From contig CAJWPJ010000003.1 in the NCBI GenBank assembly GCA_913045115.1, forward strand, positions 854 to 64,853: DNA of 64,000 bases, in the 5' to 3' direction. Shown here one piece after another: positions 28,692 to 38,214 of the stretch. The DNA comes from an uncultured Gammaproteobacteria bacterium (GTDB lineage: Bacteria > Pseudomonadota > Gammaproteobacteria > GCA-002705445 > GCA-002716945). The position numbers and the translations under genes were made by a program. Each line of letters begins with the position of its first letter. Position 1 is the stretch's first letter. The notes under the pieces were generated by a model. The model made no database searches. It had not been told where the DNA came from and saw only the letters and a program-made list of their open reading frames with translations.

Positions 28692-31253
28692 ATGATAGGA
28701 AATATCCTTAAAAAAGTATTTGGAAGTAGAAACTCAAGACTAATCAAAGAATATAGCTCTAACGTTAAAAAAATTAATGATTTAGAGCAATTTTTCGAGA
28801 CTAAATCTGACGAGGAACTCAAATCTTTCACCTCAGAATTCAAGCAAAGATATCTCAAATCACATAATCTAGATGAGCTCTTAGAGGAAGCATTTGCGCT
28901 GGTGAGGGAAGCTTCAAAAAGGACTCTTGGACTCCGACATTTCGATGAGCAATTACTTGGCGGTATAGCTCTGCATCACGGTAAAATTAGTGAGATGAAA
29001 ACAGGTGAGGGTAAAACGCTTGTCAGTACATTACCTGCTTATCTTAATTCATTGAGCGGCAAACCTGTTTATATTGTAACAGTGAATGATTATCTTGCTG
29101 AACGTGACTCAAAATGGATGGGTTGTATTTTTGAGTTTTTAGGATTAACAGTTGGCTTCGTCAATAGCCTTGTCACACATGATCAAAGAAAGAATGTATA
29201 TAATTCAGATGTGATCTATGGCACAAATAATGAGTTTGGTTTTGATTATCTGAGAGATAACATGGTGGTGACCTCAAGTGAAAAATGTCAGTCAAGTTTG
29301 AGCTATGCAATTATTGATGAGGTTGACTCGGTTCTTATTGACGAAGCTAGGACTCCACTAATAATATCTGGTTCCAGCAACAAAACTAACAACACATATT
29401 CAGTAATTAATAAAATTATTAATAAGTTTTTATCCAACAACAATACTAGTTATTATAATCTAGAGGAAAAACAAAAGTCTGTGTCTCTTACAGAAGAGGG
29501 ACAGTCTGTTATTGAGACCCTTTTACTTTCAAATAATTTAATTCAATCATCCTCTGATATATATGCTGCGAACAATATTCAGTTATTTAGTCATATAGAT
29601 TCAAGCCTAAAAGCACATTTGATTTATAAGAAAGATAAAGAATATGTTGTTGAGAATCATGAGATAGTTATTATCGATGAATTTACAGGAAGAAAAATGC
29701 CTGGAAGAAGATGGTCTGAGGGACTACATCAGGCTATTGAAGCAAAAGAAAATGTAACTATAAAACAAGAAAATCAAACATATGCATCAATCACATTTCA
29801 AAATTACTTCAGGATGTTTGATAAGATATGTGGGATGACAGGGACAGCAGATACCGAAGCAGAGGAATTTTCACAAATTTACGATCTTGAAGTCGTACAA
29901 ATTCCACCTCATAAAAAAATGATTAGAGATGATAAAGTTGACCTAGTTTTTCTAACTGAAAAAGAGAAATACGATAGAATTATAAATGAAATTATAGAAA
30001 TCAGTAGTACAAAACAACCTATTCTGGTTGGCACCACTTCTGTTGAGTCATCTGAACATATATCAAAGAAACTTAAAGCAAGAAAAATTCCACACAACGT
30101 ACTAAATGCAAAATATCATCAAAAAGAAGCGGAAATTATTGAAAATGCAGGAGCATTAGGTTCAATAACTATCGCTACCAATATGGCTGGAAGGGGGACG
30201 GATATCGTTCTTGGTGGCAAAAAAGATCAAGGTACAGATGAATGGATAGCAAATAATGAGACTGTAAAGAATTTAGGTGGTTTATATGTTATAGGAACTG
30301 AACGTCACGAATCTAGAAGAATTGATAATCAGCTACGCGGAAGATCTGGAAGACAAGGAGATCCAGGTATATCAAGATTTTTTCTATCCTTAGAGGATAA
30401 TCTAATGAGAATTTTTGCTTCTGATAAAGTATCAGACATTATGAAAAAACTTGGCATGCAAGATGGAGAAGCAATAGAGCATAAATGGGTTTCTAAATCT
30501 ATACAAAACGCACAAAAAAGAGTAGAGGCACACAACTTTGACATCCGTAAAACACTTTTAGAATACGACGATATCTCTAATGAGCAAAGAAAACTAATTT
30601 ATCAGCAAAGGGACTTCATCTTGAATAATGATGGAAATAAGTTAATTTCAACTGTGTGCACGAATTACGCTCAAGACTTTATTGAAATTAATAGAGATGA
30701 GTTATTATCAAACGATAATAAGCTAGCTGATTTTACTGACATTATCAAAACAGACTTTCTAATTCAATTAGATCTCAATGACATGATTGAAGACAATATA
30801 TTTAATGAAAATAAGCTGAAGCAGAGTCTGCAAAACCTAATAATGGATAAAATTAAGGATAATGTGAAAAATATATCCGCTAACGAATATAACGATTTGA
30901 TTAAAAATATTTCATTAGCTGTGATTGATGAGGAATACAGAAATCATCTTAGTTCAATGGATTATTTAAGACAGTCTATCGGGTTAAGAGGTTATGCTCA
31001 GAAGAATCCAAAAAATGAATACAAAAGAGAATCTTTTGAAATGTTTAATGTAATGCTTATGGATATCACAAAAGAAATTCTAAAAATATGTTGCAGAATT
31101 AAAGTAGACAATTATAATCCAAAATCTAATACCATCAAGGATGATTCAACGGAAATTAAATCAAATAAATTTGCTAATCTCGATATTTCACGGAATGCAT
31201 TATGCCCATGTGGTTCAGGGAAAAAATATAAAAGATGTTGTGGAAAATTATGA
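28692..31253 (+). CDS. secA: Preprotein translocase ATPase
   Basis: MKTGEGKT, DEVDSVLIDEARTPL, ATNMAGRGTDI, GRSGRQGDPG, CPCGSGKKYKRCC. Confidence 0.99.
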   Translation: MIGNILKKVFGSRNSRLIKEYSSNVKKINDLEQFFETKSDEELKSFTSEFKQRYLKSHNLDELLEEAFALVREASKRTLGLRHFDEQLLGGIALHHGKISEMKTGEGKTLVSTLPAYLNSLSGKPVYIVTVNDYLAERDSKWMGCIFEFLGLTVGFVNSLVTHDQRKNVYNSDVIYGTNNEFGFDYLRDNMVVTSSEKCQSSLSYAIIDEVDSVLIDEARTPLIISGSSNKTNNTYSVINKIINKFLSNNNTSYYNLEEKQKSVSLTEEGQSVIETLLLSNNLIQSSSDIYAANNIQLFSHIDSSLKAHLIYKKDKEYVVENHEIVIIDEFTGRKMPGRRWSEGLHQAIEAKENVTIKQENQTYASITFQNYFRMFDKICGMTGTADTEAEEFSQIYDLEVVQIPPHKKMIRDDKVDLVFLTEKEKYDRIINEIIEISSTKQPILVGTTSVESSEHISKKLKARKIPHNVLNAKYHQKEAEIIENAGALGSITIATNMAGRGTDIVLGGKKDQGTDEWIANNETVKNLGGLYVIGTERHESRRIDNQLRGRSGRQGDPGISRFFLSLEDNLMRIFASDKVSDIMKKLGMQDGEAIEHKWVSKSIQNAQKRVEAHNFDIRKTLLEYDDISNEQRKLIYQQRDFILNNDGNKLISTVCTNYAQDFIEINRDELLSNDNKLADFTDIIKTDFLIQLDLNDMIEDNIFNENKLKQSLQNLIMDKIKDNVKNISANEYNDLIKNISLAVIDEEYRNHLSSMDYLRQSIGLRGYAQKNPKNEYKRESFEMFNVMLMDITKEILKICCRIKVDNYNPKSNTIKDDSTEIKSNKFANLDISRNALCPCGSGKKYKRCCGKL

Positions 31254-32413
31254 TGAACTCTAAATTTGTTACATTACAACTTGGCATAAAAAAAAATAAA
31301 GTAGATGGTCTCTTGATTCAATTACCATTAGGTAGCACATCATCGATGATTACTACAAAAAATAAGTTCGCAGCATCTCCCGTGCTTGTCTCAAGGCAAA
31401 ATATTAAATATGGTCAAATAAAGCATATATTTATTAATTCAGGTAATGCAAATGCATGCACCGGGAATAAAGGAGATAAAAATACTAAAAAAATCTTACA
31501 TACACTATCTATGAGGCTTAGTTGCCGTGTTGATGAAATATTAATCATGTCTACAGGCATCATAGGAAGACAACTCCCTATTGATAAGATTTTAGAATCT
31601 CTTCAAACTAGTGATTTTAATAAATATACTGATCTTAAAAATGCAGCCACTGCAATTATGACAACAGATAAGTTTCCGAAATATCTCTCTCAGACATATA
31701 AAATTGGGCAAAAGAAAATTACCTTTAGAGGGATATGCAAGGGCGCAGGCATGATAGAGCCAAATATGGCTACTATGTTAAGTTTCATAGAAACAAATGT
31801 TGAATTACCCAAAGTTTTACTAAGAAGATATTTAAAATATTGCTCAGACTTGTCATTTAACAGTATCTCTGTCGATGGCGATATGTCTACTAACGATACA
31901 GTTGTTTTCACATCGACAGGCAGTCTAAATATTAATATTAATAACAAATCTGTAGAGAAAAAATTTTTATCATATGCTTCTGACTTTTTTATTAAATTAG
32001 CATCTTATATTGTAAAGGATGGAGAAGGCGCGACAAAGTTTATTAAGATGAATGTTATAAATACTAAAAGTTTAACTCTGGCCCAAGAGGTATCCAGAAA
32101 ACTCTCTAACTCACTCTTGGTCAAAACAGCTATTTTTGGTGAGGATCCCAACTGGGGTAGGATAATTGCTAGTCTAGGATCCATTGATTCTCATTACATT
32201 AATACAACTAGAGTAAAACTTAAGATAAATAACATCTTATGCTTTAAAAATGGAATGCCTATAGACAATATTTCTAGAAAACTTGAGAAATCAATGCAGA
32301 AAAATACTATAGAGATTACAATAGACTTAAATAATGGAAGATACAAACAAAGTGTATATTTCTCTGATCTTTCATATGATTATGTTCGAATCAATTCAGA
32401 ATATACAACATAA
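31250..32413 (+). CDS. argJ: Bifunctional glutamate N-acetyltransferase/amino-acid acetyltransferase
   Basis: INSGNANACTG, STGIIG, IMTTD, KGAGMIEPNMATML, DGDMSTND, DGEGATK, DPNWGRI. Confidence 0.95.
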   Translation: MMNSKFVTLQLGIKKNKVDGLLIQLPLGSTSSMITTKNKFAASPVLVSRQNIKYGQIKHIFINSGNANACTGNKGDKNTKKILHTLSMRLSCRVDEILIMSTGIIGRQLPIDKILESLQTSDFNKYTDLKNAATAIMTTDKFPKYLSQTYKIGQKKITFRGICKGAGMIEPNMATMLSFIETNVELPKVLLRRYLKYCSDLSFNSISVDGDMSTNDTVVFTSTGSLNININNKSVEKKFLSYASDFFIKLASYIVKDGEGATKFIKMNVINTKSLTLAQEVSRKLSNSLLVKTAIFGEDPNWGRIIASLGSIDSHYINTTRVKLKINNILCFKNGMPIDNISRKLEKSMQKNTIEITIDLNNGRYKQSVYFSDLSYDYVRINSEYTT

Positions 32414-33312
32414 TGTCATCTAAACAAATTGAAATATCTATTGGGCTGATAAAGTTCAATTCAGCACTTATCTGTCTGAAAAGAAATAAGAAACCTTACG
32501 AGGGCTTTATTGAATTTCCAGGTGGTAAGAAAAAAGGGAGTGAAAGTCCTATAGAATGTCTTAGAAGAGAGATAACAGAAGAACTTAATATTAGGGTAGA
32601 GAAGGCAAAGTTTATTTATTGCATCAAACATCAGTATGAAGACGCTTTAATTATCATCAATGTATTTAATATACATAGATATTCAGGCAATATTTCATCA
32701 AATGAAGAAAGAGAGGTTGTATATTATGATAGTGCATCTGATCATAATGTACTCCCCACTCATGAAAGAATACTGAGACTAATGAAGTTGCCGAAATTAC
32801 TAAAGATTATTACATCTCTAAATTATGACGATTTCAACTTTAAAAGCATAAATTTATATAAATATATCAGATTAAGAGATATATCTTTTGATACTTATAA
32901 GGCTTATATTCAGCCTAAGTTAGAAAAATATCGATATAAAGGCAATCTTATAATAGATTACCCATTTAATAAAAATTGGGATGATAACTATGCTGGGATT
33001 CATTTCAAAAGCAATAGGCTTAAGAATTGTCTAAACATGATAAAAAATCACAGATACCTTTACTCTGCTTCATGCCATACCCTTGATGATGTTGAGTTAT
33101 CAAACAAGATACTTTTTGACTTTATTCTAATCTCTCCTGTTATTACATCTCCTTATGACACAACACCTCTTGGCTGGACTAAATTTGGGAGTTTATCAAA
33201 TAGATCTTATGTTCCAACATATGCTCTCGGTGGGTTACAATCCCTAGGAGATGATTTATCTAATTCTTCATCTAACAAAGGATTCGGCTTGGCAGGAATA
33301 AAATGTATATGA
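32413..33312 (+). CDS. mutT: Nudix hydrolase (MutT-like) fused to a thiamine-phosphate-synthase-like domain
   Basis: EFPGGK...E..C..REITEELN Nudix box; C-terminal SASCH, DFILISPV, PLGW, PTYALGG; secA-argJ-mutT synteny. Confidence 0.8.
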   Translation: MSSKQIEISIGLIKFNSALICLKRNKKPYEGFIEFPGGKKKGSESPIECLRREITEELNIRVEKAKFIYCIKHQYEDALIIINVFNIHRYSGNISSNEEREVVYYDSASDHNVLPTHERILRLMKLPKLLKIITSLNYDDFNFKSINLYKYIRLRDISFDTYKAYIQPKLEKYRYKGNLIIDYPFNKNWDDNYAGIHFKSNRLKNCLNMIKNHRYLYSASCHTLDDVELSNKILFDFILISPVITSPYDTTPLGWTKFGSLSNRSYVPTYALGGLQSLGDDLSNSSSNKGFGLAGIKCI

Positions 33313-34074
33313 CTATATGTAGCATAGGTCGATCACAAATGTTATGTCATCCTTAAGCTGTATAAATTTATTATTATCATTAAGAGTCATAAATGAAATA
33401 GTAGCTCTCTGTGGACCAACACTTACTCTTGGAAAAAAATAATTATCAGAATGCATAGTAATTCTTAACAGACGAACTTTTTTATCTGGATCTAGTTTAA
33501 AAATATGAATTCCGTTCTGAGCACATTCTTCTCGAGTCTCTGAGCTTTTTCTAAGTATATCCAGACAAAAATATATAGAATTTTCTATTGGTTTAATTTT
33601 TTCTTGCCACAAATTAATCTGATTACATCTAAACGTATAATCTCTGGTGAGCCAATAATCTAGCTCAGAACTCAAAGTATCATAGTGTTTTACACAATGC
33701 TGAAATAATTCATCATTATGCAACTCAGTTAAGTAATTTGCTTGAAGGTTATGTAATGTATTTAGAATAACATTCTGCTTTTCCATAATTGAATTTAATT
33801 TAATTTTATCTGACCCTTCTATTTTTACATATTCTATATAGCGTGATTTATGAAAATCAATTTCTCTAATGAGTTCTCTTTTCACTTCAGCTCTTGATAG
33901 CATTTGGTATAAACTGATTAAATTATATAGGGCTGCAAAGGAATCATAAGAGTTATCAATATCTTTATGCTTATTTATTTTTAAGAAGTAACTTTCTAGT
34001 TTAAGAAACTTTCTAATACGTTCATCAACTGGCTCCTCATATATTGCTGCATGAGTATCTGAAAAACTATTCAT
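33313..34074 (-). CDS. zapD: Cell division protein ZapD
   Basis: YEEPVDERIRKFLKLE, R.EVK.ELIREI, LDILRKS, LLRI, FP.VS; coaE-zapD synteny. Confidence 0.82.
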   Translation of the reverse strand: MNSFSDTHAAIYEEPVDERIRKFLKLESYFLKINKHKDIDNSYDSFAALYNLISLYQMLSRAEVKRELIREIDFHKSRYIEYVKIEGSDKIKLNSIMEKQNVILNTLHNLQANYLTELHNDELFQHCVKHYDTLSSELDYWLTRDYTFRCNQINLWQEKIKPIENSIYFCLDILRKSSETREECAQNGIHIFKLDPDKKVRLLRITMHSDNYFFPRVSVGPQRATISFMTLNDNNKFIQLKDDITFVIDLCYI

Positions 34075-34628
34075 GATGCAATAATAGTCCTATCAAAATA
34101 TCTACTTAATGAATCAATGTCACTATTATTATTGATTATAATTTCGCATGAGTCTTTTATTAACTTATAATCGTTCTGTACTGCATTCATTTTAATAAAA
34201 TAGTCTTTATCATTTATTTTATATCTACTAAATCTTTCAATTCTCATTTCCTCATTCGTATCAATATATATCGATGAGTATTCTTTAAATAATTCATAGT
34301 TATTTATTATTGGAGGAACTTCTACCATGAGATTATTTTTTAACTGAAATTCATTAAGTATTATTTTATGGACCATAGGATGAAATATAGCTTCTATTAT
34401 TTCTCTATTTTTTTTCGATTTGAAAAAAAAATCTTTAACATAGTCTTTGAGATTATTATGATCAATGTCTATATTTAAATATTTTTTAATTTTATGAACT
34501 ATCGAAGGTTCATTATATAAGCTAGCTACAATATCATCAGATTTGATAACTTCAAATTTATGTTTTCGTGCAATTTCTAGAAAAGTACTTTTTCCAGAGC
34601 ATATTAGTCCAGTCACTAGATAATTCAT
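34071..34628 (-). CDS. coaE: Dephospho-CoA kinase
   Basis: LVTGLICSGKST, D.IV..LY, IEAIFHPMV, EVP, IINN. Start reassigned to ATG 34628. Confidence 0.85.
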   Translation of the reverse strand: MNYLVTGLICSGKSTFLEIARKHKFEVIKSDDIVASLYNEPSIVHKIKKYLNIDIDHNNLKDYVKDFFFKSKKNREIIEAIFHPMVHKIILNEFQLKNNLMVEVPPIINNYELFKEYSSIYIDTNEEMRIERFSRYKINDKDYFIKMNAVQNDYKLIKDSCEIIINNNSDIDSLSRYFDRTIIAS

Positions 34629-34708
34629 TATCGTAGCAATACTGTAAGAGTAATTCCTAGTATCATGATTATTAGCAGAGTAATTAATAGCGGTTGTCTT
34701 CTTGTCAT
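34628..34708 (-). CDS. Putative 26-aa single-pass membrane mini-protein MTRRQPLLITLLIIMILGITLTVLLR
   Basis: ATG overlaps the upstream TGA (ATGA) and TAA overlaps the coaE ATG (TAATG). Basic N-terminus followed by a ~19-aa hydrophobic stretch. Confidence 0.65.
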   Translation of the reverse strand: MTRRQPLLITLLIIMILGITLTVLLR

Positions 34709-34893
34709 CTTTTATTAGGGCATTGATTGATTTGTTCTTTTGAAACACATAGATTAGCCTCAATAACATGGAACCCGCACTCATGACACATTACCATGTT
34801 GCCTACCTGGTCTCTATTTTCTTCAGATTTCTTGTTCCTTTTGATCAAGAAATAAGCCACAATGAGCGCTATAATAAGAATAATAATTTTCAT
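34705..34893 (-). CDS. PP0621-family small membrane protein with a Cys/His motif
   Basis: N-terminal TM helix then MVMCHECGFHV; located next to nadE-bamD. Confidence 0.65.
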   Translation of the reverse strand: MKIIILIIALIVAYFLIKRNKKSEENRDQVGNMVMCHECGFHVIEANLCVSKEQINQCPNKR

Positions 34894-34947
34894 ACTTTTT
34901 TTAATGAAATTATTTCACATTAATAACAATAATAAAACATATCGATC

Positions 34948-35694
34948 ATGAACAACCAAGATAAAATTGAATTTATTATAGACTGGATTACCGATTATGT
35001 TGATAAAATGCCAAATCCTGCACAGAGCTTGGTCGTTGGGGTGTCAGGCGGGATTGACTCAGCTCTCACCAGTACCCTAGCTAGTATGACGGGATTACAG
35101 ACATATGCTCTATCTATGCCAATAAACACAGGTGCTAAATGTAATAATTTAGGCGAAGTCCATGGACATTGGTTGAAAGAAAAATTTAAAAATACTAACC
35201 ATATGACAATTGATTTAACATCCACATACAGAGAGTTCAACTCTTTGTTGACCAACTCAAATCAAGATTCAGATTTAGGTTTTGCTAACTCTAAATCTAG
35301 ACTACGAATGGTGACTCTGTACCAAGTTGCGGCTGCACAAGGCGGCCTAGTTGTCGGGACAGGTAACAAAGTAGAGGATTTCGGTGTAGGTTTCTATACA
35401 AAGTATGGTGATGGCGGCGTTGATATTTCACCAATAGCAGATCTTATGAAATCTGAAGTTCACAGCTTAGCATCTTCTCTTGGTATTGATGAAAGAATCT
35501 TGCAGGCTCCTCCTACAGATGGACTATGGGATGATGACAGAACAGATGAGACACAACTTGGTTTATCATACAATGAACTCGAAGAAGCAATGCTAAATGA
35601 AGACTCCATAAACAGAAATAAATATCAGAAAATAAGAAAAAACAATTTACACAAGATGAATTCAATTCCAGTATGCAAGATACCAAGAACTTAA
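34948..35694 (+). CDS. nadE: NH3-dependent NAD+ synthetase (single domain)
   Basis: VGVSGGIDS, N.KSRLRM, VVGTGNKVE, GFYTKYGDG, PPTDGLW; no glutaminase domain. Confidence 0.95.
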   Translation: MNNQDKIEFIIDWITDYVDKMPNPAQSLVVGVSGGIDSALTSTLASMTGLQTYALSMPINTGAKCNNLGEVHGHWLKEKFKNTNHMTIDLTSTYREFNSLLTNSNQDSDLGFANSKSRLRMVTLYQVAAAQGGLVVGTGNKVEDFGVGFYTKYGDGGVDISPIADLMKSEVHSLASSLGIDERILQAPPTDGLWDDDRTDETQLGLSYNELEEAMLNEDSINRNKYQKIRKNNLHKMNSIPVCKIPRT

Positions 35695-35698
35695 TCAT

Positions 35699-36538
35699 TT
35701 AGAATAGATTAAAATCAAAAAAAGAATCCTCATCATCAACTGTCGCAATATTTTTATTTTGAATAGTTATCAATTTATTTTCATTTATGGTGTACTCATA
35801 GTTGTCATAATTTGTAGTAAGAACTTCAGCTGTCTCTAATGCCAATTCTGCTGATCCTAATTTATTATAGCTATCTATGAGCACTATTAGAGCATCTTTA
35901 GATGCTGGCGCGCCGGGATAAGTCTCTAGCATATATTTTGCTCTTTCACTGGATGCAACGAATGCACCTCTTTTAAGGTAGTATTTAGCTATATAAATCT
36001 CATGATTAGCCATGGCGTTTCTTAAAAAAATTAATCTGTTTTGTGCATCTGCTGCATACTTACTGCCTTCAAACTTGTTACTGATTAGAAGAAAATCATT
36101 GTACGCTTGCTTCAGACGGGTCACATCATATTTTGAAACATCTTGCCCTAGGAGTTCTTGAAAAAATGGTTGCTCCTTTTCTAGATTAGATATTGCACGT
36201 AGATAATACGCATAGTCTAAGTTTGGATGATTAGGATACAAATCTATAAAGCGATCACATTCTGCTATCGCATCATCTTTCTGACCGAAATCATAATATG
36301 CAAATGCAAGATCTAATATTGATTGTTGAGCATATGTAGAGAATGGAAATCTAGCCTCAAGCATTTCAAATAAAACCACTGCTTGGGGTATATCTGCATT
36401 TGCTAGAAAGTCTGATCCTAAGTTATACAGCTGTGCTTCAGGCATATCTTTATATGGATCTATTTTTGCTTTGTCGAAAAACGCGCAACTTGTCAAAGAT
36501 AATAAAAGGCAAATTAAGGAAAGATTAAATTTATTCAT
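35699..36538 (-). CDS. bamD: Outer membrane assembly lipoprotein
   Basis: Lipobox LTSC, LEARFPFS.YAQQ, RFIDLYPNHPNLDYAYY, HEIYIAKYY; divergent from rluD. Confidence 0.95.
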   Translation of the reverse strand: MNKFNLSLICLLLSLTSCAFFDKAKIDPYKDMPEAQLYNLGSDFLANADIPQAVVLFEMLEARFPFSTYAQQSILDLAFAYYDFGQKDDAIAECDRFIDLYPNHPNLDYAYYLRAISNLEKEQPFFQELLGQDVSKYDVTRLKQAYNDFLLISNKFEGSKYAADAQNRLIFLRNAMANHEIYIAKYYLKRGAFVASSERAKYMLETYPGAPASKDALIVLIDSYNKLGSAELALETAEVLTTNYDNYEYTINENKLITIQNKNIATVDDEDSFFDFNLF

Positions 36539-36541
36539 CAG

Positions 36542-36553
36542 TATAATATTATA
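36542..36553. promoter_or_regulatory. Palindromic bidirectional -10 element TATAATATTATA
   Basis: Perfect 12-bp palindrome occupying most of the 17-bp bamD/rluD gap; gives TATAAT on each strand. Confidence 0.6.
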
Positions 36554-36555
36554 GC

Positions 36556-37491
36556 ATGGACAGTGATAATATTTACAATTTTACATTAGAAGTAGAAAAA
36601 GAGGATAGAGTTGATAAGTTACTATCAAGTTACTTTCTGGAATATTCGAGATCTACTATTCAAAAATGGATATCAAGTAATAATGTGAAAATTGATGGTA
36701 ACCCGTGCACTCAAAAAGACAAGATAAAAAAAAATTGCTTAGTTTCTATAAATATCGTTACACAACCAGAGGTTAACTTAATAGCTGAGGATATACCACT
36801 CGATATCATTGATGAAACTGATGATTATATTTTAGTGAATAAATCATCAGGTATGGTAACGCATATCGCACCTGGAAATTATAACGGAACTCTTCAAAAT
36901 GCACTATTTTACAAATATCCTGAGCTTGCAAATATACCAAGAACTGGGATCATCCATAGACTAGATAAAGACACATCAGGAATACTTGTAATATCAAGAA
37001 GTTTAACTTCACACAATTATCTGAGTAAACAGCTACAGGAGCGTAAATTCAAAAAAGTATATCATGCGATCATATCGGGAGTATTTGATAAAGCCGTCAG
37101 AATTGAGGAGCCAATTGGCAGACATCCAGTTGATAGAAAAAAAATGACAGTTTCATCTAATGGCAGATTTGCTTGTTCAATAATAAAACCATTAGAGTAT
37201 TTCTCAAAAGCATCACATGTTGAAGTTGATATTATAACCGGAAGAACACATCAAATTAGGGTACACATGGCTCACAAAAAACATCCAATAGTGGGTGATA
37301 AACTCTATGGTTTCAAAAAAAATATTTTTTCAAAGTCTCACAATATACTTAGTTCAATAGAACCAAGCTTTGGTCAATACCTTCATGCATATTATTTATC
37401 ATTTTTAGATCCAAGAACAAATGAGATTAAAGAATATAAAGCCCCATATCCAAGGGAATATCAATTGCTATTGGATGTATTAAGTGAGTGA
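36556..37491 (+). CDS. rluD: 23S rRNA pseudouridine synthase
   Basis: S4 domain, GIIHRLDKDTSG, TGRTHQIRVHM, PIVGD.LY, LHA. Confidence 0.95.
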   Translation: MDSDNIYNFTLEVEKEDRVDKLLSSYFLEYSRSTIQKWISSNNVKIDGNPCTQKDKIKKNCLVSINIVTQPEVNLIAEDIPLDIIDETDDYILVNKSSGMVTHIAPGNYNGTLQNALFYKYPELANIPRTGIIHRLDKDTSGILVISRSLTSHNYLSKQLQERKFKKVYHAIISGVFDKAVRIEEPIGRHPVDRKKMTVSSNGRFACSIIKPLEYFSKASHVEVDIITGRTHQIRVHMAHKKHPIVGDKLYGFKKNIFSKSHNILSSIEPSFGQYLHAYYLSFLDPRTNEIKEYKAPYPREYQLLLDVLSE

Positions 37492-37497
37492 ATCAAA

Positions 37498-38214
37498 ATG
37501 ATTACAAGTTATAATATTAATTGGCATGTACCTCCGAACATAGGTTACTTCATATCAACAAATCAAACCGGATTTAGTGAAGGAAAATATAAATATGCAA
37601 ATTTCTCTAAAAAAGTTGGAGATACCGAAGATCTAGTTGATTTAAATATTATCAATTTAAAAAATCAACTTGAGTTGAAAGATATAACTTTTATGAATCA
37701 GACACACTCTAATATAATATTAAGAGTTAATCGTAGTGATAGCTTTCTAGATTGTGATGGTATGTTTACTGAGAAAAGAAATGTAGCGTGTGCAGTGCTT
37801 ACAGCAGATTGTATACCTTTATTGATAACAGAAAAAACCGGAAATCTGATTGGGTGTATTCATGCTGGTTGGAAGGGCCTACAATCTCAAGTAATTGAAA
37901 ACTTTTTTGAGAAACTTACTACAGTGCCCCGTCGTGATTTTAAGGTTCTTCTTGGGCCCTGTATAAGTCAGGCTAAATATGAGGTTGATGATACTATCAT
38001 TTCAAGTTTCTCAAAATATAGCAAAAGGTTCAAAAAAAATAAATCAGGTAATTATTATATGGATTTAAGACACATTGCATATGATATATTAACTGAATTG
38101 GGTGTTACAAATGTTACAATATCAGAAGCTTGTACTTTTGATGATGATTTCTACTCATATAGAAAAGATAAGATAACGGGAAGATTTATTTCTCTTATTT
38201 GGTTTAATAAATGA
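37498..38214 (+). CDS. pgeF: Peptidoglycan editing factor / purine nucleoside phosphorylase YfiH
   Basis: QTHS, VLTADCIP, IHAGWKG, GPCIS, FYSYR..TGR. Confidence 0.93.
   Translation: MITSYNINWHVPPNIGYFISTNQTGFSEGKYKYANFSKKVGDTEDLVDLNIINLKNQLELKDITFMNQTHSNIILRVNRSDSFLDCDGMFTEKRNVACAVLTADCIPLLITEKTGNLIGCIHAGWKGLQSQVIENFFEKLTTVPRRDFKVLLGPCISQAKYEVDDTIISSFSKYSKRFKKNKSGNYYMDLRHIAYDILTELGVTNVTISEACTFDDDFYSYRKDKITGRFISLIWFNK

Noticed and set aside
34629..34784. 52-aa N-terminal extension of coaE in the ORF track
   Set aside because: CoaE P-loop homology starts at 34628; the region is explained by the mini-ORF and the PP0621-like gene.
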